Shown: positions 36,009 to 49,599 of the stretch, one piece after another | How the letters are laid out: each line of letters starts with the position of its first letter | Position numbering within the stretch: the stretch's first letter is position 1 | NCBI GenBank assembly: GCA_030390025.1 | Contig: CM059431.1 | Coordinates: 127,846,001 to 127,910,000, forward strand | DNA: 64,000 nt | Origin: Squalus acanthias | Lineage: Eukaryota | Reading direction: 5' to 3' | Made by a program: the position numbers and the translations under genes | Notes under the pieces: generated by a model | What the model saw: only the letters and a program-made list of their open reading frames with translations | Told to the model about the DNA's origin: nothing | Databases searched by the model: none

Positions 36009-36727
36009 GGGCCAGAGTTTGCTATAGCAGGACATTAGTTAGACTTGCCCCTGCACCATTCAGCTAAAAAAAAATTGCCCACAAAATTGCTGAAAGTACG
36101 AGCTGATAACAGCGCAACAAGGGAAACAGGGCATCTGGACTCTGAGTTAACAGGGCAACCAACAGGGTATCTCCTCAACCAGAGATTTAAGAATTGGGAA
36201 ATAAACACAGGGAGGGTGAATTAAAGGGGGTGAATGTAATATTAAATCAGGTACAGAAAGAAAAATAAAGAGAGGAAAAGAAAGATTGGATTAAAAGGGA
36301 GTAAAAAAAATGAGACAAAAAAGAAAAGTAACAAAAAAACTTAAAATTTCACATTTTTTAAATCTCCCTGAAAAATTCAGGAAGGAATGAGACTCCACAC
36401 ATAATAGTTAATTTTCAGTGCCAGTGAGGTTGATTGGCAGCCATTAACACTTATCACATCAATTAAAGGGAATTTACACTTGTAAGGACAATACTTAACC
36501 TTCTCTGGCGAGTTTAATAGGCAATTAATGGGCAAATACAACAAGTTCCTAAAAAAAAAGAAGGCTATCGCGAAGCTAATGGCAAAGTGTCACAACTTGG
36601 ACAGCAACTTTTCGATAATCACATTTAACCGCACATCTGCTTCTCGCCTGAAATTGCTGCAACATTTACGCATAAAAAACATGAGCACCATTAGCCTTGC
36701 CGCTATTTTAACAGCAGATTCTGGCCC
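36009..36727. mobile_element. Harbinger-type MITE with purine-rich core
   Basis: TIR gggccagagtttgct / agcagattctggccc. Confidence 0.7.
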
Positions 36728-37504
36728 ATTGTTTCGTTAACAAAGTGCCCAAAACTGAACCTTTCTAAAGTCTTGTATAAGTTCAACATTAACTTCTTGC
36801 TTTTGCACTGTGTGCCTCCAGATACAAAGCCAAGGATTTGTTTTTCTTTTTTATGGCGCTATCTACTTGCACTGCCACTTTAAATGACCTTTAAGTGATA
36901 CCAAGATCTTTCTGTGTCTATTCCATTTAAAATCTTGTCACTTAAGGTGTATTTCCTTCCCCTACATGAACCTGCAGCTATGCCCTCAGCGATAGAGGAT
37001 GCAATGTGCAGAAAGCCAGCATGTATCTGGAGAACCTCTGCTTCATAGTTCTAGCCACTTGGCTTATATTGATTTGCATTTTGGGTCCTGTATTCCTTCA
37101 GAGCACCTCAATGTGTCCTCAAATTGTGCTCTATAGACCCAAGTAATCTTTCTGTTCCCACAATATGTTCAAACTGCAGCGGCGGTGCGGACCTAGGAGG
37201 AGCGGCGGTGGCAGGGTATAAAGGCGAGCCCAAGGAGCAGGTAGGTTTACCAATCTCAGAACGGGAGACAGAAGTAAAAAGTAATCCAAGTGTGACGTCA
37301 CCAGAAAGCAGGTAAGTGATTGGTTGGTGAGTATTTCTCTCTCCTTTTTTCATACTTAAATTCTGTGGTTTATAGTTTCTAGAGTCTCTGTGGTGTAGCG
37401 GGGACTGCTGTTAAACAAGGGCCCTTGAGTATATCATTTAATAGTGGTGTAATTGGTGGGATTGATTTGATTTAATTTAATTTGAATTCATTAAAGGGTA
37501 AGTC

Positions 37505-38453
37505 ATGGCAGGACAGCTCGGCGCCATGTTATGCTCCTCCTGCGCTATGTGGGAAATCAGGGACACTTCCTGTGTCCCTGACGACCATGTGTGCGGGAAG
37601 TGTATCCAGCTGCAGCTACTGGCAGACCACATTGCGGCGCTGGAGCTGCGAGTGGATGCATACTGGAGCGTTCGCGATGCTGAGGACGTCGTGGATAGCA
37701 CATTTAGTGAGTTGGTCACACCACAGGTAAAGGCTGCACAGGCATGAAAGGAATGTGTGACCACCAGGCAGAGCAGTAGGCGCAGGCAGGTAGTGCAGGG
37801 GTCCCCTGTGGCCATCCCCCTCTCAAACAGATATACCGCTTTGGATATTGTTGGGGAGGATGGCTTACCGGGGGAAGGCAGCAGCAGCCAACTTCCTGGC
37901 ACCGAGGGTGTTTCTGCTGCACAGGACGGGAGGAAAAAGAGTGGGAGAGCTATAGTGATAGGGGATCTATTGTAAGGGGAATAGATAGGCGTTTCTGCGG
38001 CCGCAAACGAGACTCCAGGATAGTATGTTGCCTCCCTGGTGCAAGGGTCAAGGATGTCTCAGAGCGGCTGCAGAACATTCTGGAGGGGGAGGTTGAACAG
38101 CCAGTTGTCGTGGTGCATATAGGTACCAACGATATAGGTAAAAAACGGAATGAGGTCCTAAAATCTGAATATAGGGAGTTAGGAGGTAAATTAAAAAATA
38201 GGACCTCAAAGGTAGTAATCTCAGGATTATTACCAGTGCCACGTGCTAGTCAGAGTAGAAATAGAAGGATATTTCAGATGAATATGTGGCTAGAGAATGG
38301 TGCACAGGGGAGTGATTCAAATTCCTGGGACATTGGAACCGGTTCTGGGGGAGGGGGGACCAGTACAAACTGGATGGTCTGCACCTGGGCAGGACCGGGA
38401 CTGATGTCCTAGGGGGAGTGTTTGCTAGTGCTTTGGGGGAGGATTTAAACTAA
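37505..38453 (+). pseudogene. CR1 ORF1 (zinc finger/leucine zipper + SGNH esterase), disrupted
   Basis: CSSC…CGKC QLQLL; IVIGD; VHIGTND; DGLHL; contains stops and frameshifts. Confidence 0.85.
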
Positions 38454-39071
38454 AATGGCAGGGGGTTGGGAACCTGAGCAGGGAGACAGAGAAAAGGGAA
38501 ACAAGGATAGAAGCAAAAGACAGGAAGGAGAAAATCAAAGGTGGCAGTCAGAGAAATCAAGGGGTAAAAATTCAGTTGGTTGCGCCTCTCGTTAGCGCCT
38601 TAAGAGGGCGCTAATGGGGCGCAAAGCCGCTAGCGCCTGGGCGCAGCGATGTTTGCGCCGCTCGGGAACTTAACTAGACATTGTGCGGCGGCGCTAAACC
38701 TTACCGCTGCGACCACCTGCGCGCGCAGATTGTGACGTCATTCCATGGTGCAACGCCCTTGTGGCGCCCCGGAGCGGAAATTGAGTGGCGCCCCCTGCCT
38801 TACCGCCTGGCGCATCCAACGACCGGAAGACTGGAACGCTATCAATCGCTGTGGGGCTGGGGGGGGCGCTATTTAAAGGGGGCCTCTTCCTGTCTTTTTC
38901 TGTGGTTGACATTTTTGCACCACTCGTTCTGAGAGAGAGAGAGAGATTCGGAGAGAGAGAAAGAGAGACTTCTGCATTGAGTCAACGCTTTGTGAGGTAG
39001 TTTTGCCTACTGATCCTAACTTCGCTGCTACTTTGGTTGCTGTCCTTCATAACTTTGCTTGCAAAGAGACT

Positions 39072-40235
39072 ATGGGGGCTGCACTGAATGGGGGCGTCGT
39101 CCTGCTCCAGCTGAATCGGAGGACACAGAGACGCAGAGAGAGAGTGGCAATGATGGCCAGACGGAGGAGGGCCAACAGGCGTATGTACAGGAGAGCTTAC
39201 CCTCCCAGGGAGGGTATATCGTGAACAGCTCTCCTACATTCATTTGTCTGAGGAGCTGTGTTTGCGAAGGCTGCGATTCAGCAAGGAGGTGGTCACTGAG
39301 CTCTGCCACCTGCTGCAGCCAGATCTGCAGCCTCAACTGAGGTCCAGGACGTCTCTGTCGGTGGCAGTGAAGGTCACAGTGGCTCTCAACTTCTATGCTA
39401 CTGGCTCATTTCAAGCTGCTGCTGGGGACCTCGCCAATATCTCCCAGTTCGCGGTGCATTGCTGCATCCAGCAGGTCACAAATGCCCTCTTTAAAAGGAG
39501 ACGAGAGTTCATCTCTTTCCCCATGACCCCAGACAAGCAGCGTGACAGCGCTCTGGGCTTTGCGAGGATAGCGGGCTTCCCCATGGTGCAGGGCGCCATT
39601 GACTGCAAGCATGTGGCTTTGCGTGCTCCACATGAGAATGCCGAGGAATTCCGGAACAGAAAGCGGTTCCATTCCTTGAATGTTCAGTTGGTCTGTGACC
39701 ACAGACAGCTGATACTCGCTGTCAATGCCCACTATCCTGGCAGCTGCCACGATGCTTTCATCCTGCGCCAGACTACTGTGGCAGAACTTTTCGAGGCACC
39801 GCATCAGCCAGTTGGTTGGCTTCTCGGGGACAAGGGGTATCCATTGAGCACCTGGCTGATGACACCGCTCCGTACGCCCAACACCCCGCTGAGCTGCGGT
39901 ACAATGAGAGCCATCAAGCTACCAGGAACATCATTGAGCGCACAATCGGCGTGCTGAAGCAACGGTTCCGCTGTCTCGACCATTCTGGAGGAGCCCTGCA
40001 GTACTCGCCTGAGCGAGTATCCAACTTCGTAGTTGTGTGCTGCATGTTGCATAACATGGCAATCGTCAGGACCCAGCCAATGCCACCAGGCCTTGGAGCA
40101 CCACCAGAGGAGGAGGAGGAAGAGGAGGAAGAGGACGAGGAGGCTGATCATCAGCAGCACCAAGGCGGGAGGGCGGCCCACAATGGTGAAACTGCAAGGG
40201 CCGTCCGTCAACGGCTAATAGCAAGCCGCTTCTAG
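39072..40235 (+). pseudogene. Harbinger DDE transposase (frameshifts at ~39208 and ~39888)
   Basis: CLRRLRF, QGAIDCKHV, YPGSCHDAFIL, LLGDKGYP, IERTIGVLKQRFRCL, CCMLHN. Confidence 0.92.
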
Positions 40236-40547
40236 GGCCCCAGCTGTGGAAATGGCTTCTGCCATTGCTAACAACATCAATGAACCCAGCACACAACCCC
40301 TAAGCCGGCCAAGGCACCAATGATTGCAAACACCAAACATGTATATTTTGAATACAAAAACTTATTTATTTTACAAACTCTGTGAGTGTCATTTCCTCAT
40401 GACAAACTCATAGAAATAAACACAAAAAAACAGTCATTAACATAACTGGTTCTCACAACCTGGAGATAATGTCCAAAACACTAAACAAAAGTTGGACCAC
40501 GAACCTCGGCCTTTAATAAAAAAATGACCAGCATTTTGTCACACCTC

Positions 40548-42367
40548 CTACTTTTTGCCCTTCGAGGGTGATCTCCTTCCCTTGCGCACTTCCCCCCTTC
40601 TAACCCTACTGCTCCTCCGTAATGGGACCTCAGTGGCTGCAGCAAGGCTGGTGGAAGGCTGCTGATCGTCAGACCCTGACACTGCAGATGCCCCTGAAGG
40701 ACGGCCTCGACCAGTTCTGGGCCTGGAGGGCCCGGCTGCAGACTGCACCAACTCTGCATGGGCGGCAGCAGTCTGTCCTACAGGCGGTGGCAAGTGCAGT
40801 GGAGAAGTGACAGTGTTGGCAGCAGGAATGCTGTCATCGTGAGAGAGGACAGCAACTCCCTGCTCGCCCAACACACTGGCACTCCCACGGGGCAGCACTT
40901 CAGCATCCGGAGCAATCTGCTGGAGCACAGATTGCTGGCCTGCTGCGGCGCGGTGAGAGCCCCGGGGACATGTGAACGAACCATCGAGGTTGGCAGCAGT
41001 CAGTGCTCGCGTGGCCTCAATCTGAGTCTGCATGAGAGCAGTCAGAGATGGGATCACGGCAGTCAGTGACTGAATTGCAGCACTAAGCGTTAGTGTGGCA
41101 TCCGCCTGTGCTACAGCGAAGTGCTCCACACTCCTTGCCAGTGACTCAATGCATTCGGGCACCCTTCCCACTGCACCCATGAGCTCAGTGTGCATGCCCA
41201 CCGCCTGGGTGTTCATTTCTGCGATCAGCCGCTCCTCCTCTGCGTCCATTGCAGTAGGAGTCTCTGGCATACTCTCCCTCTGGGGAGAAGGCCCCCGTTC
41301 TTCCCTACCCCCATGGCGTTGCTGCAGCCCGCTGGGTCCTGGAGCTTCACCCTCATCAGACCCTTCCCCCCTGCTCCCCTCCAGGGAAGGCGTGTTCCCA
41401 GTGTGGGCATGGGCTTCCTCGGGAGAGGGTGGCACTGATGATCCGGCTTCCTCTTCCTCCTCGGCTGCAGCTTCACTCCCACTGGCAGCTTCAGGGCCCG
41501 TCTCCTCAGCTGGTGAATCACCATCTGAAAGCAGGGAGGTACAAGAGTGGCTTTAGCGTGAGGACAGGGTGGCAGCAAGGGAGGAATAAGTGCAGCGAGT
41601 TAGCAAGTTGGATTGAAAGTGTCAAAGGCTGGTGTTGTGAGGGACAAGTGGAATGACAGAGGACAAAAAGGTGATGAACTTACCATTGCTGTCCAGAACG
41701 GGGTCGGCGTCTCCAGTGGCGATGGGACCGATCACCCGGCTTGCCACAATCCTGTGGACGCGCTCCTCAAGATCGCTGAGGGGTTGCAGCTGAGGCCGCC
41801 CTCCACCTGTCCGTTGCTGCTGTCTCCTATTATGCGCCAGCTTGGCCTGCAAGAAAAAGGACAGCATCTGAGTAAATATACAGCCATGGTCTTGCCTGAT
41901 GTGCCTCCCATAGGTGAATAGCCCTTACTGTATGCAGCCATGGTCTTGCCTGATGTACCTCCCATAGGTGAATAGCCCTTACTGTATGCAAAGTGTGGAA
42001 TGTGTGTGTGTGTTTCATGAAAGGGCCATAGGTGTTGGATGAGTGTTGTGCATTGGGGTTTTAAGACCCTCTGGCCATAGAGTGAGGTTGAGATGGAGGG
42101 ATGGAGAGGTATTGAGAAAAAGCCACTCACCCTGACGACCCGAGTGAGGTCGTTGAACTTTTTGCAGCATTGAACATGGGTCCTGGGCACCATGCTCCTG
42201 GAGGAGACGCTCTGAGCCACCTCCCTCCACACTCTTCTGTACTCGCATGGCAAAGGCCTCCTGCCACTCTCAGGGAAGAGTATACATCTTCTGCGCTCCA
42301 CCGCGCCAACCAGAGCATCCAAGGCACGCTCGGTGAAGCGCTGAGCTCGTTCTCTCACCCTCTCCAT
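40548..42367 (-). CDS. Harbinger Myb/SANT-like DNA-binding protein; 3 exons (42367-42131, 41846-41684, 41524-40548), ~458 aa
   Basis: RFTERALDALV…W.EVA…RTHVQCCKKFNDL; canonical GTGAGT/GTAAGT donors and YAG acceptors; exon phases join into one open frame. Confidence 0.85.
41880..41990. repeat. ~57-bp tandem duplication in Myb-gene intron 1
   Basis: cagccatggtcttgcctgatgt(g/a)cctcccataggtgaatagcccttactgtatg occurs twice. Confidence 0.9.
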
Positions 42368-42706
42368 CCTTGGCAGCAAAATGGATTCACAGGTCTCTCC
42401 AGGCCGAGATTCAAGGCTGCAATGAGCAGGGTGTGGCTGGGGAGCAAGTTGCCCCCCCCCCCCGCTTTAAGAAGTGGCCGGCGCCAGTGTTTCTGTGTTC
42501 CCTCGCTAACTGGCAGCACCTGCACTGCGCTCGCGCGCTGAGTTAGCGCCTCACTGCTCGGCCTTTGCGCCTTAAGACAGGTGTGCAGCGCCTGATTTAG
42601 CGCTCCACTCACCTCCCGGGGCGGTAAAAGTGAAGTTTCCAGTCAGTGGCGATAATTAGCGCCAGGCGCTAATTTTTGCGTCCAGACGATATTTGCGCCC
42701 CAAACG

Positions 42707-45455
42707 GTGGATGAATTAGCTGCGCAAATAGAGGTAAACGAAAATGATATGATTGGGATTACGGAAACATGGCTCCAGGGTGACCAAGGCTGGGAACTCA
42801 ACATCCAGGGGTATTCAATATTCAGGAAAGATAGGCAAAAAGGAAAAGGAGGTGGGGTAGCATTGCTGGTTAAAGAGGGGATAAACACAATTGTAAGGAA
42901 GGATTTTAGTTCTGTTGATGTGGAATCTGTATGGGTAGAACTGAGAAATACCATGGGGCAGAAAACGTTAGTGGGAGTGGTATACAGACCCCCAAACAGT
43001 AATGCAGAGGTTGGGGATGGCATTAAAAGGGAAATTAGAGAAGCGTGCAATAATGGCATAGCAGTTATCATGGGTGACTTTAATTTACATATAGATTGGG
43101 CTAACCAAATTAGTAACAGTACTGTGGAGGAGGAATTCCTGTAGTGTATACGGGATGGTTTCCTGGACCAATATGTCGAGGAACCAACGAGAGATCAGGC
43201 CATCTTAGACTGGGTATTATGTAATGAGAAAGGATTAATTAGCAATCTTGTTGTGCGAGGCCACTTGGGTTGGAGCGATCATAATATGATAGAATTCTTC
43301 ATTAAAATGGAGAGTGAAGTAGTTGACTCGGAGACTAAGGGTCCTGAATTTAAATAAAGGAAACTATGATGGTATGAGGCGCGAGTTGGGTAGGATTGAT
43401 TGGGGAATGTTACTCAAAAGGCTGACGATAGATAGGCAATGGCAAACATTCAAAGATCGCATGGATGAACTGCAGAATTTGTTCATCCCAGTTTGGCATA
43501 AAAATAAAACAAAAAAGGTGACGCAACCGTGGCTAACAAGGGAAATTAGGAATAGCATAAGATCCAAGGAGAGGACATAAAAATTGGCCAGAAAAAGCAG
43601 TAAACCTGAGGATTGGGAGCAGTTTAGGATTCAGCAAAGGAGGACAAAGGGATTAATTAAGAGGGGGATAATAGAGTATGAGAGTAAACTTGCAGGGAAC
43701 ATAAAAACTGACTGTAAAAGCTTTTATAGATATGTGAAGAGAAAAAGATTGGTGAAGTCAAACATAGGTCCCTTGCAGTCAGAATCAGGGGTATTTATAA
43801 TGGGGAACAAAGAAATGGCAGACCAATTAAATACATACTTTGGTTCTGTCTTCACAAAGGAGGACATAAATAACCTCCCAGAGATGTCGGGGAACATAGG
43901 GTCTAATGAGAGGGAGGAACTGAAAGAAATCAGTATTTGTAGGGAAATGGTGTTAGAGAAATTGACGGGATTGAAGGCCGATAAATCCCCAGGGCCTGAT
44001 AATTTACATCCTAGGGTACTTAAGGAAGTGGCCCTAGAAATAGTAGATACATTGCTGGTCATCTACCAAAATTCGATAGATTCTGGAACAGTACCCATGG
44101 ATTGGAGGGTAGCTAATGTTACCCCACTATTCAAAAAAGGTGGTAGAGAGAAAACGGGGAATTATAGACCGATAAGCCTGACATCGGTAGTGGGGAAAAT
44201 GCTGGAGTCCATTATAAAAGATGTAATAGCAGAGCACTTGGAAAACAGTAACAGGATTGGGCAAAGTCAACATGGATTTACAAAAGGTAAATCATGCTTG
44301 ACTAATCTACTGGAATTTTTTGAGGATGTAACTGGTAGAATAGATAAGGGAGAATCAGTGGATGTGGTGTATTTGGACTTTCAGAAGGCTTTCGATAAGG
44401 TCCCGCATAAGAGATTAGCGTGTAAAGTTAAGGCACATGGGATTGGGGTCAAGGTATTGACTTGGATAGAGAACTGGTTGGCAGACAGAAGGCAAAGAGT
44501 TGTAATAAACGGGTCTTTTTCCAAGTGGCAGGCAGTGACTAGTGGGGTACCGCAGGGATCGGTCCTAGGACCCCAGCTATTCACAATATATATTAATGAT
44601 CCAGACGAGGGAACGAGATGTAATATCTCCAAGTTTGCAGATGACACAAAGCTGGGTGGGCGTGTGTGCTGTGAGGAGTGTGCCGAAAAACTCCAGTATG
44701 ATTTGGACAGGTTGGGTGATTGGGCAGAATCATGGCAGATGCATTATAATGTGGATAAATGCGAGGTTATCCACTTTGGTGTCAAAAACGGGAAGGCAGA
44801 TTATTATCTGAATGGCAATAGATTGGGAGAAGGGGAAGTGCAACGAGACCTGGGTGTCCTTGTGCACCAGTCGCTGAAGGTAAGCATGCAGGTACAGCAG
44901 ACGGTTAAGAAGGCAAATGGTATGTTGGCCTTCGTAGCGAAAGGGTTCGAATACAGGAACAAGGATGTCTTGCTGCAGTTGTACAGGGCCTTGGTGAGAC
45001 CACACCTTGAGTATTGTGTGAAGTTTTGGTTGCCTTATCTGAGGAAGGATGGTCTTGCCATGGAGGGAGTGCAGCGAAGATTCACCAGGCTGATACCTGG
45101 GATGGCAGGAATGACGTATGAGGTTAGATTGGGTCGATTGGGCTTATACTCGCTGGAGTTTAGAAGAATGAGAGGGGATCTCATTGAAACTTATAAAATT
45201 CTAACAGGACTAGACAGACTAGATGCAGGAAGGATGTCCAGAACCAGGGGTCACAGTCTCAAGATAAGGAGTAAGTCATTTAGGATAGCGATGAGGAGGA
45301 ATTTCTTCACCCAGAGAGTGGTGAACCTGTGGAATTCTCTACCACAGAAGGCAGTGGAGGCCAAGTCATTAAATATATTCAAGAAGGAGTTAGATATATT
45401 TCTTAAGGCTAAAGGGATCAAGGAATATGGGGAAAAAGCAGGGACAGGGTACTGA
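42707..45455 (+). pseudogene. CR1 ORF2 (APE endonuclease + reverse transcriptase); last 623 codons open
   Basis: GITETW, MGDFN, SDH, YRPISLTS, DFQKAFDKV, QGSVLGP, FADDTK. Confidence 0.95.
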
Positions 45456-46829
45456 ATTTGGATGATCAGCCACGATCTCATTGAATGGCGGAGCAGGCTC
45501 GAGGGTCTGAATGGCCTGCTTCTGCTCCTATCTTCTATGTTTCTATTTCAAGATGTCTTCATTTCAATGCAACAAGGGAATGGCAGTAGAGACATGGACC
45601 TCTGCAAAGAGGCTGTTACTGTTTCTGAAGACAGCCCTGAATATACCACTGATTTTGTGCTGTGCTACCATCACTGAATAAAGTCTGCTCTTGCTGAGAA
45701 ATTGAAGTATCCATGCTTCTAAGAACTGCTCTGTGAAAAAAACAGTGGGGGTGAAAGTGCTTGTGGAAAATGCCTGTCCCTTCAGTTCCAGCCTACTGTG
45801 GCACCTTGTTCTGCCTTCATCTACTTAGAGATTGCACTGTAGAAGCTACGCTGTAGCAAACATTTTGGAATGTACTTGCAGTCATAGCATTACAATTGAT
45901 GTAGTGAGAGGCCTTTGTACTTCTAAAGGTTGAATAGACCCAACTGTCCAGTTATCAGACACTAGTGCTGCACACATACCTCATTGTGGGATCAATTCCT
46001 GTGGGCTCTGCCAAGTCTATTAAATTCAAATATGTGCTCTTTCCAGGGTTAAAAGGAATTCTCATGGTAAAGATCTATGTTCTTTCATTGTGGACAACCG
46101 AGTCAGAAAGAAGAAAAATGACATCAAAATCATTAAATTATATATGGAACCTCGGAGCAGGGTTTCCATGTAATTAATTTGGTTGGAAAATCACAGGCAG
46201 GAAGTGCCAAAATGCAAAATCTCCCTATAAGTTACGCATTGTATACATTTACTTACTTGTCTACTGTCTTGGCTAACTGTCCTGCAACTGATCACATGGG
46301 TCCATTTTAAAACTTACACCAATCATTTTCACAAGGTTCTCCCAGTTGTCCATTGAGACTTTGGTGAAGACCCGCGGAAACCCCTGTTGTTCCTGCAGGG
46401 TTTCTGTGGATCTTCCGCTGAAGTTATGGCAGATGATTGGAAGAAACCCCATGGAAATTTGACACCTTAGAATTCAGCACAAGCCACCTAGGAATAAAAA
46501 GTTTGGTTGGTCTTCCCTAATTTTATCATTAAATTTTGGTCCCGTATATCATGAAGTGCCCAGCAGTTCCATGCTACATCTGCCCATTCATTTAAATGCT
46601 AAACATTCCTTTTTATGTAGTATGATTTTGAGATAATATCTTTACTTATTTTTCTCCCTTGAGAAGTAGAACTTACAATTATAGAATGTCTTTCATGTCC
46701 TCAGGACTCCTCAAAATACTTCACAGCTAATTACTCTTGAAGTGTAGTCACTGATGATCTTTTGCATAGATACATGTTTCTGCCCCACTCCATGACATGA
46801 AAATATAGGGCTCTAGGGTTCTTACATAT

Positions 46830-47520
46830 TACAGGCTTCCCCCAAGTCCAGGACATCACTAACTGTACACACATCACAATGTGGCCACCTGTAATTGAGT
46901 CCAATGGCTTCACGAACTGCATGGGCTTCCATTCCCTTAATGTGCAACTGCTGTGTAACCACCAGCGGTGCATCATGCAGGTCTGTGCCTGCTTTCCTGG
47001 CAACTGCCATGATGCTTTTATATTGCACTAATTCTCCAGCAAATTCACCTCTCCCACCTCGCCCACCCTCCCACCCCGACACACACACTTTCTGCCCCTG
47101 CATAGCAAGTCAGAAGCTGACTGCTTGGCAACAAGAGCTATCCCCTGCATACATGGTTGATGACTATTCTAAGGAACTCACGCTCGATGGCTGAATTGCA
47201 CTGCAACCAGATCCACGGGTCAACTCGAGCACTCATTGAATCGGGAATTGGAGTGCGCTACTTCTGCTGCTTGGCCAAGTCAGGTGACTTCCTCCAATAC
47301 AGCCCAGAGTGTCCCATATCATTGTAGTTTGCTGCATGCTGAACAACTTTGTCCTGCAACAGGGACATTGCATAGAGCCACCATTGGATGAGGACCTTCA
47401 ACCAGATGAGAATGATAACACAGATGACATAGAGGATAGTGAAGAAGCAGGAGAGCACCAACACCAGTCTACAGGCAGAACTCTTTGGCAGTAGCTCATT
47501 GAGCAGCACTTCAGCTGAAC
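46830..47520 (+). pseudogene. Old Harbinger transposase remnant
   Basis: GFHSLNVQLLC, FPGNCHDAFIL, IIVVCCMLNN and an acidic tail. Confidence 0.75.
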
Positions 47521-47659
47521 AATTCCTGACCCCACCACCCCAATATGCTCAATATTTTTCACAGTCCTTCCACACTCCAATAAACTGTTTTTGCCCAAAA
47601 ATCAACATTGATATACATTGTATGGTCATCAGTTACTACAGGAACCCTCTGCACACAAA

Positions 47660-49468
47660 GGGCTGGATTTTTCCAACCTCGACGGGTCCGTGGCGGGCAA
47701 TACCCAGGGCGTGTGGGGACCCTGCATCTGTCTCGATCCCAGCCTCCAACAAGATTTTACATTGATTGGGCTTGTTAAGCCCGCCCGGCGAGATTCTCAG
47801 CCAATAAAGAGAAAGCGGGTCTGATGACGTCATTTGATGATGCGTCATCAGCCGGTTTTCTTAAAGGGGCCATGTCCACAATCATTTTGACAGTTGTGCT
47901 GTCAGTGTTCTGCGGCATTGAGGTGCTGAAAACACAGACAAGCACTGCACAAAGGTGCAGGGCTGCACCCAGGCTCTCCAATGACCCCCTCCATATGCTT
48001 ATGGAGGGCGTCACAGTACGCAGGGAGGTTCTCTTCCCTTCCCATGGGCGGAAGAGACCTCCCCAGAAGACCAATGCAGCCTGGTTGCACATTGTACAGG
48101 AGGACACAAGCAGGGATGTGGTCAGGAGGGCCTGGCTGCAGTGGCACAAACCTTTCAATTATCTCAGTAGATCATAAAACGTTACTGCAAAGCCATACTC
48201 AACCTCATCCTGCTGTGCCACTCATCACATCCCCATCACTCTGCCTTCCCGACCCTACTCCTGCACATCCTTGCTCACACCAACTTACCTTGCACCTCCA
48301 CCCATCCCTCTCTAGCTCCATTATCACTTCTCCATCTCACTAGCCACCCCTCACACTCACCCTCATCCTTGTCCAATCATTCCAACTAACAACACACAAG
48401 GGTAGGCAGTTGGGTGTTATTGCCAATGTTGATGTAAAGTTTCTGTTAATGTGTTGTCAAACATTGAAATCTTTATTTTCAACACTTTGCCATCTTGGAA
48501 AGATCTGTGTGTACATTTGGAAGTGGCTTAGTGAGTTGCAGTGAATGGTGAGACATAACGGTACCCCGCCCCGCAATGGTGATAAGTGTGAAAGGAATGA
48601 CTTGGACATTGTAGGGATGCTTTATGGTGTTGGTGTGGGGTGGTCCCAACATGGCGCATCATAAGGCAGCCAGGGTGTACAACATCAGGTTAAGTAAATC
48701 TGTCCATGGTGAGGCCATCCCTGGCCTCCCGGGCAGCAAAGTGCTCAGGTGCTGATGCCCTGTGTCCTGTGCAGCATCAGGCGATTGCCGAGAAGATTGG
48801 TGTTGTTGTTGGTGCTGCTGGTGTGCCTGGTGATGCTGGTGTGCCTGGTGATGTTGGTGTTGGGGGTGATCGTGGTGGGATTCTGAGGACCAAGGTGAGA
48901 TTTTTTCAAGGGCACCGATGCTGATGGAATAGATGGCAGGTGAGGTTGAGATGACAGAAGCAATCTGTCAATGGTGAGAGAGGTTGCTCCAAGGAGGTGA
49001 CATTGGATAGATAGTTTGCTCCAAACACTTCAAACCTCCATAAAGCTGAAAAGTGTATTCCAAATCCTGAAGACTCCAGCTCCTAACATTGGAAATTGAA
49101 CAGCTGTGAAATGGTAGCTTTTATACCACTTTTGCAGCTGTCAACTATTCACAGCAATGCAGTCACTGAGAACCCGACACACTTACCTGACGTGATCCCC
49201 GAGCACCGGGAACCTCATAAAAAACATGGAAAAATTGTTAGGACTTGGTAAAAAGCTACTTAAATACCTTTTAGCAGCTGCTTAAGTATCTCAATTGCCT
49301 GACCCGTCGCTTAGTGCCGAGTCTGCAAACCGTAGGCAGAGCCGACACTTGGGAAATTAACAAGGAGGCGGGTTCAGAGCGGACTTCCACCCCGCTGTCA
49401 ATCACTGCCATTTTGACAGCGGACCCTGCCTCCGAACCTGCCCTCTGAGCGCTGGCAAAATTCAGCCC
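47660..49468. mobile_element. Non-autonomous Harbinger with Myb exon-1 remnant (~47950-48170, +)
   Basis: TIR gggctggatttt / aaaattcagccc; TSD AAA; AAPRLSNDPLHMLMEGV..RREVLFP…W. Confidence 0.85.
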
Positions 49469-49599
49469 AAAGATTTGAAAACGGTTTATAATTTTTCTGA
49501 GTTACACAAATGCCATCAAAATAATTATCACCCATGTATTAGCCCATAGGGCCTTTTTAAGTGACTGCTTTCCTACCATACTACTGCTCTCCCTCAAAG

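Larger units (their letters stand above)
38561..42701. mobile_element. Near-complete autonomous-type PIF/Harbinger transposon
   Basis: TIR ggggtaaaaatt / atttgcgcccc; convergent transposase and Myb/SANT genes; repeated subterminal ttagcgcc motifs. Confidence 0.92.
37176..45546 (+). mobile_element. Full-length CR1 LINE interrupted by a Harbinger at 38561-42701
   Basis: 5'UTR, ORF1, ORF2 and tail …ttctatgtttctat. Confidence 0.92.
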
